Positions 14,264-16,510 of a DNA stretch of 16,510 bases are shown in pieces (positions within the stretch are counted from its first letter, which is position 1; each line of letters opens with the position of its first letter). This DNA is from Nanopusillaceae archaeon (GTDB taxonomy: Archaea > Nanobdellota > Nanobdellia > Nanobdellales > Nanobdellaceae), in the NCBI GenBank assembly GCA_049973735.1, contig JBMFJL010000008.1:1-16510 (forward strand). Reading direction: 5' to 3'. The position numbers and the translations under genes were made by a program. A model generated the notes under the pieces. The model ran no database searches and had not been told where the DNA came from. It saw nothing but the letters and a program-made list of their open reading frames with translations.

Positions 14264-15092
14264 TTAAAAATTCTATTATTTTTCTCATCACATTTTTTCT
14301 AATATGCTTTTCAAAACCTTCAAATTGAAATATATCATGTATATCTATTAAATAATATTCACCATCCTTTAATAATACATCGAAAGCAAATATTTGCATA
14401 TCAGTTTTCTCCGATATTCTGTAGGATAATTCTATTAGTTCGTCATCTAATTTATATTCTTTACCATATCCTCCTTGACTTATATTTGCCTTAAAAGATC
14501 TCTCATTTATTCTTTCCATTGCTCCAAAAGGTTCTCCAATAAATATTATTCGAATATCTTTTTCATATGGAATGAATTGTTGAAATATCAAATGTGGCAT
14601 TCTACCACCATTCGATAGGTAAGATTTTAAAAAACTGTATAATTCCCTCTTATCAGATATTTTATGTACGAATTCGCCTCTATGCATAAACTGGTGTTTA
14701 ATAACCATTGGAAAACCAATTTTCTCAATAACTTTTTCAATATTTTTTACTGTGTATATTTTAACAAATTTTGGTATCTTTATATATCTATATAACAAGT
14801 TATAAAAGTAAGATTTATACAGTATTTGAACCTTAGAATTTATCTTGTTAACTATTATTTTTCCATTTTCTTCTAAATACTTTGCTAATAGATATCTATC
14901 CAATAAAAAGCTCATTCCAACAAAAAAATAATATATATCATAATTTAAAATATCTGTTTCTTCAAATGGATATCTTAATATTTTTATAGCTTCTAATATA
15001 TTTACATTTTTAAAATTAATTATTTCTTCATTAAGTCTTTTTATTCTGTAGTCATCGAAATTTTCTCTTATAAGTATGGCAATTTTTTTCAT
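14247..15092 (-). CDS. RimK-family ATP-grasp ligase (alpha-L-glutamate ligase-like)
   Basis: 281 aa. It has GFPMVIKHQ...G.FV, then QQFIPYEKDIRIIFIGEPFGAMERINERSFKANISQGGYG, then FAFDVLLKDGEYYLIDIHD. These are typical RimK/MptN/CofF-type ATP-grasp motifs. The substrate cannot be called. Confidence 0.7.
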   Translation of the reverse strand: MKKIAILIRENFDDYRIKRLNEEIINFKNVNILEAIKILRYPFEETDILNYDIYYFFVGMSFLLDRYLLAKYLEENGKIIVNKINSKVQILYKSYFYNLLYRYIKIPKFVKIYTVKNIEKVIEKIGFPMVIKHQFMHRGEFVHKISDKRELYSFLKSYLSNGGRMPHLIFQQFIPYEKDIRIIFIGEPFGAMERINERSFKANISQGGYGKEYKLDDELIELSYRISEKTDMQIFAFDVLLKDGEYYLIDIHDIFQFEGFEKHIRKNVMRKIIEFLNEVRN

Positions 15093-15113
15093 TCTACATA
15101 TCTAAAAGGAAAA

Positions 15114-15126
15114 GTATAAAAATTTT
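15114..15126. promoter_or_regulatory. Shared central TATA element of a 51-nt divergent intergenic region
   Basis: GTATAAAAATTTT has its core TATAAAAA at 15115-15122. The core is centred 25.5 nt from the + ATG (15144, rpoH) and 26.5 nt from the - ATG (15092, ATP-grasp). Both sides are A-rich (aggaaaa on one side, and aaatgaa on the opposite strand), so either could act as a BRE. Confidence 0.4.
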
Positions 15127-15143
15127 CATTTAAAAAAATTTAT

Positions 15144-15455
15144 ATGACAAAAAAATCTTCTAAATCCAAACAAAAAACTAAAGGGGAGGAAACAAAATCA
15201 AAAAAATTAAGAGAGTTATCTGAGATAGATATATCAAAACACTACCTTGTATCAAAACACGAATTGTTATCAGAACAGGAAAAAGAAGAATTATTGAAAA
15301 AATATAATATTAAATTAAGTGATTTACCAAGGATAAAGGTAACGGATCCTGCTATAAGAAATTTAGGTGCAAAACCAGGAGATATAATAAAAATTACAAG
15401 AAATTCTCCAATATTCGGTGAAGAAATATATTATAGGGTTGTTGTAGAGGATTAA
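15144..15455 (+). CDS. rpoH: DNA-directed RNA polymerase subunit H (Rpo5)
   Basis: 103 aa. The C-terminal 75 aa ([69 protein letters not shown]) are typical RpoH. It lies directly upstream of rpoB, as in the conserved archaeal rpoH-rpoB order. It carries a Lys/Ser-rich N-terminal extension of about 28 aa. Confidence 0.9.
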   Translation: MTKKSSKSKQKTKGEETKSKKLRELSEIDISKHYLVSKHELLSEQEKEELLKKYNIKLSDLPRIKVTDPAIRNLGAKPGDIIKITRNSPIFGEEIYYRVVVED

Positions 15456-15489
15456 ATTTATAAACATAATTATATAATATAAGAAAACT

Positions 15490-16510
15490 GTGGCACCGAT
15501 CGATAATAAATATTTACTTTTATACAAATATCTTGAAGAAAATGGTATTCTGAACACACAGATAAGATCCTTTGAATATTTTGCAGATGTAGAAATGACA
15601 AAAATTGGTAGGGAATTGGGAGAATTTTCTCCAAGAATTTTGCCCCCAGGATTGAAAGATCTAAGGTTTAGAATAGAGAAAATATGGTTGGGTAAGGCAG
15701 ATTTCATGGAAAAAGAAGGAGTTTCGAGAGTTATATATCCAAATGAGGCAAGAATAAGAAATATAACTTATTCTGGTGTTGTATACATGGAATTTTCAGT
15801 TTTTGAAAATGAAACATTTAAAAGTAAATACCAAGTTGGTATAGGAAAGTTACCAATAATGGTAAGGTCAAAATACTGTAATACATATGGTCTATCTGAG
15901 GAAGAATTGATAAAAATAGGAGAAGATCCAACAGATCACGGAGGATATTTTATAATAAATGGTAGAGAGAAGGCTGTAGTTTTATCTGAAGAATTGTCAA
16001 CAAATAAATTTTATGTTCAAGAAGAAAAAAGTCCTGTAAAGTATAGCGGATATTTGTTATCAGAGTCCTTGACAATCCAATCTGCTCACAGAATGGAATT
16101 GATGAAGGACGGATTGTTATATATTTCCTTTGAAAGATACAAGAGAGTACCTTTAATACCTGTAATTAAGGCTTTAGGTCTATATAAGGATCAAGAAATT
16201 GCCCAATTAATAAATGAGGACGATAACTTTGAGGAAACTTTCATTAATCTAATCGAGTATCAAGATATACAAGAACAAGATACTGCAATTAGATATTTGG
16301 CAGATAAACTTAGATTGACAGGTAGTCCCGAAGTTAAAAGAGAAAAATTGTTGGGAATACTAGATACAAAGTTATTGCCACATATAGGAACTGATAGAAA
16401 CGATAGATTATTAAAAGCATATAATTTAGCTAAAATGGCTAGAAAAATATTGTTATTAGCTCATGGTAAAATAAAAGAAGATCAAAAAGATCATTTTTCC
16501 AATAAATTAG
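15490..16510 (+). CDS. rpoB: DNA-directed RNA polymerase subunit B (Rpo2), N-terminal part; continues beyond the window
   Basis: An open frame starts at GTG 15490; the preceding in-frame TAA is at 15475-15477. It is not in the ORF track because it has no ATG start and no stop. The translation is VAPIDNKYLLLYKYLEENGILNTQIRSFEYF...YPNEARIRNITYSG...GKLPIMVRSKYC...GEDPTDHGGYFIINGREKAVV...KDHFSNKL, which carries classical Rpo2/RpoB N-terminal motifs. The window cannot show whether the gene is split into B'' and B'. Confidence 0.9.
   Translation, partial: MAPIDNKYLLLYKYLEENGILNTQIRSFEYFADVEMTKIGRELGEFSPRILPPGLKDLRFRIEKIWLGKADFMEKEGVSRVIYPNEARIRNITYSGVVYMEFSVFENETFKSKYQVGIGKLPIMVRSKYCNTYGLSEEELIKIGEDPTDHGGYFIINGREKAVVLSEELSTNKFYVQEEKSPVKYSGYLLSESLTIQSAHRMELMKDGLLYISFERYKRVPLIPVIKALGLYKDQEIAQLINEDDNFEETFINLIEYQDIQEQDTAIRYLADKLRLTGSPEVKREKLLGILDTKLLPHIGTDRNDRLLKAYNLAKMARKILLLAHGKIKEDQKDHFSNKL

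Noticed and set aside
15363-15707. 114-aa minus-strand ORF spanning the rpoH-rpoB junction
   Set aside because: It overlaps the well-supported rpoH 3' end and rpoB 5' end on the opposite strand. Its low-complexity composition is typical of antisense ORFs in AT-rich DNA.
1-16510. Search for CRISPR arrays, IS elements, integrase or transposase genes, tRNA-flanked island borders and long inverted or direct repeats around the cluster
   Set aside because: None was seen by eye. The cluster is bounded by housekeeping genes with no obvious att-like repeats. I make no mobile-element or CRISPR call, but a computational repeat search was not possible.
1-16510. Assigning the window to a specific lineage (for example a nanoarchaeal or DPANN symbiont)
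   Set aside because: The very low G+C, compact leaderless genes, G+C-rich sRNA guides and Cys-rich surface proteins are compatible with a small-genome thermophilic archaeon. No rRNA or diagnostic marker is in the window, so taxonomy remains speculation.

Overview
AT-rich archaeal chromosomal window (G+C looks like roughly a quarter by eye, not computed). Proteins are rich in I/K/N/Y. Start codons sit about 26-28 nt downstream of TATA-like boxes, which suggests leaderless mRNAs. Both edges are ordinary housekeeping. The left edge has the 3' end of ribosomal protein eS31/S27ae, a DUF192-like ORF, a small helical ORF, a canonical C/D-box sRNA, a family-4 uracil-DNA glycosylase and an arginase/agmatinase-family enzyme. 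The right edge has a DUF371-like ORF, a RimK-type ATP-grasp ligase, rpoH and the 5' part of rpoB. The centre (2393-13815, all minus strand) is the part worth attention. It is a back-to-back, mostly start/stop-overlapping array of 12 genes with no obvious well-characterised homologue except one domain. The array starts with a protein with a pilin-like N-terminus (KKRA|IDM followed by a hydrophobic helix). Next come a 656-aa Cys-free polytopic protein with FlaJ/TadC/PilC-like architecture and four small (95-156 aa) N-terminally anchored proteins. Then comes a protein that joins a pilin-like N-module, through a G10-S-G4 linker, to a papain-family (C1) cysteine protease with an intact Q/C/H/N catalytic set. 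A type-I membrane protein with two DUF333-like Cys motifs follows. The array ends with three large orphan Cys-rich ectoproteins and a second Cys-free polytopic membrane protein. Every predicted exported protein has an even Cys count (2-24), except the protease with 15 (14 plus the catalytic Cys). All are dense in N-x-S/T sequons. I read this as a candidate undescribed surface or filament-associated apparatus, possibly for cell-cell or host contact. It has no secretion ATPase or prepilin peptidase in the window. The function is inference. No CRISPR, tRNA/rRNA, transposase or integrase was seen.
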